Under the pieces are notes generated by a model. It searched no databases. It saw nothing but the letters and a program-made list of their open reading frames with translations, and was not told where the DNA came from. Positions 63,504-64,000 of a stretch of 64,000 nt of DNA are shown here, in pieces. Source of the stretch: Octopus sinensis. Taxonomy: Eukaryota. A program made the position numbers and the translations under genes. Positions within the stretch are counted from its first letter, which is position 1; each line of letters opens with the position of its first letter. The stretch is taken from the NCBI RefSeq assembly GCF_006345805.1, contig NC_042998.1, positions 190,774,001 through 190,838,000 of the forward strand, in the 5' to 3' direction.

Positions 63504-63626
63504 ATCGGTACCAAAATGATCCACTGTGTGAATGTTGGGGGCCTCCTGATCTACATTATTAAAACATTTTGCTGCAAAGTTAACGACCTGGCTTCGGTTT
63601 CCTCATTAAATGCCTTTCCCATTTAT
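63504..63626 (+). CDS. Candidate 123-nt exon (frame 0: IGTKMIHCVNVGGLLIYIIKTFCCKVNDLASVSSLNAFPIY); no recognised family
   Basis: Strong acceptor TATTCCTTCTTTGCAG at 63503, donor TAT|GTAAGC at 63627, length divisible by 3, frame 0 open, GC-richer than its flanks. Confidence 0.38.
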
Positions 63627-64000
63627 GTAAGCCTACCATTAACTACTACACACCAGTCTCATTTATATGCTCTCCTCATTGCTTGGTGCACTGCCTTCCA
63701 AAATATAATTCTAAAAATCAATTTAAATATAAATGTCATTGTTTTCCCTTTAATTATGTCATAAAATGAAAATTTTTCATTAGTCTATATTTTGTCAGGC
63801 TTTTGACATATTTTTGTCTTTTATTTTACCATTTGTGGTCAAATTGACAACTGTTATATTAGTAACTACTGAGACTATACTTACAGCCCAGTTCTTATTT
63901 AAAATACAAACTAATTAAGCAGAAAATCAATATATATTCGAATAGCCCAACTCCCCATAGCTGTCTTAATTTAACAGCATCGTAGATCTACACATACTTT

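Overview
Eukaryotic, very AT-rich, repeat-dominated DNA with one 100-N assembly gap (22360-22459). I infer a cephalopod (Octopus-like) genome because I recognise the SINE families, but this is not proven from the window alone. No protein-coding gene can be called with confidence. Nearly all ORFs in the supplied track are translations of microsatellites or SINEs. What the sequence does support: (i) three decayed R4/Dong-clade non-LTR retrotransposon fragments in the first 7 kb, two of them tail-to-tail, plus CR1-like and RTE-like 3' remnants; (ii) three tRNA-derived SINE families with well over 20 copies, several as headless tandem multimers; (iii) MITEs, including a 439-bp element with 8-bp TSDs that carries (CCCTAA)n telomeric repeats; (iv) a few candidate spliced exons of low confidence. 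The most interesting signal is a set of minimal hammerhead-ribozyme motifs. Two are intact type I folds (18104-18146 and 20218-20254, minus strand), each inside a short ORF-less element embedded in (TA)n repeats. Two are circularly permuted, type II-order versions (46745-46811 plus; 25896-25944 minus). Several decayed relics also occur. Together they suggest Penelope-derived or retrozyme-like self-cleaving mobile RNAs.
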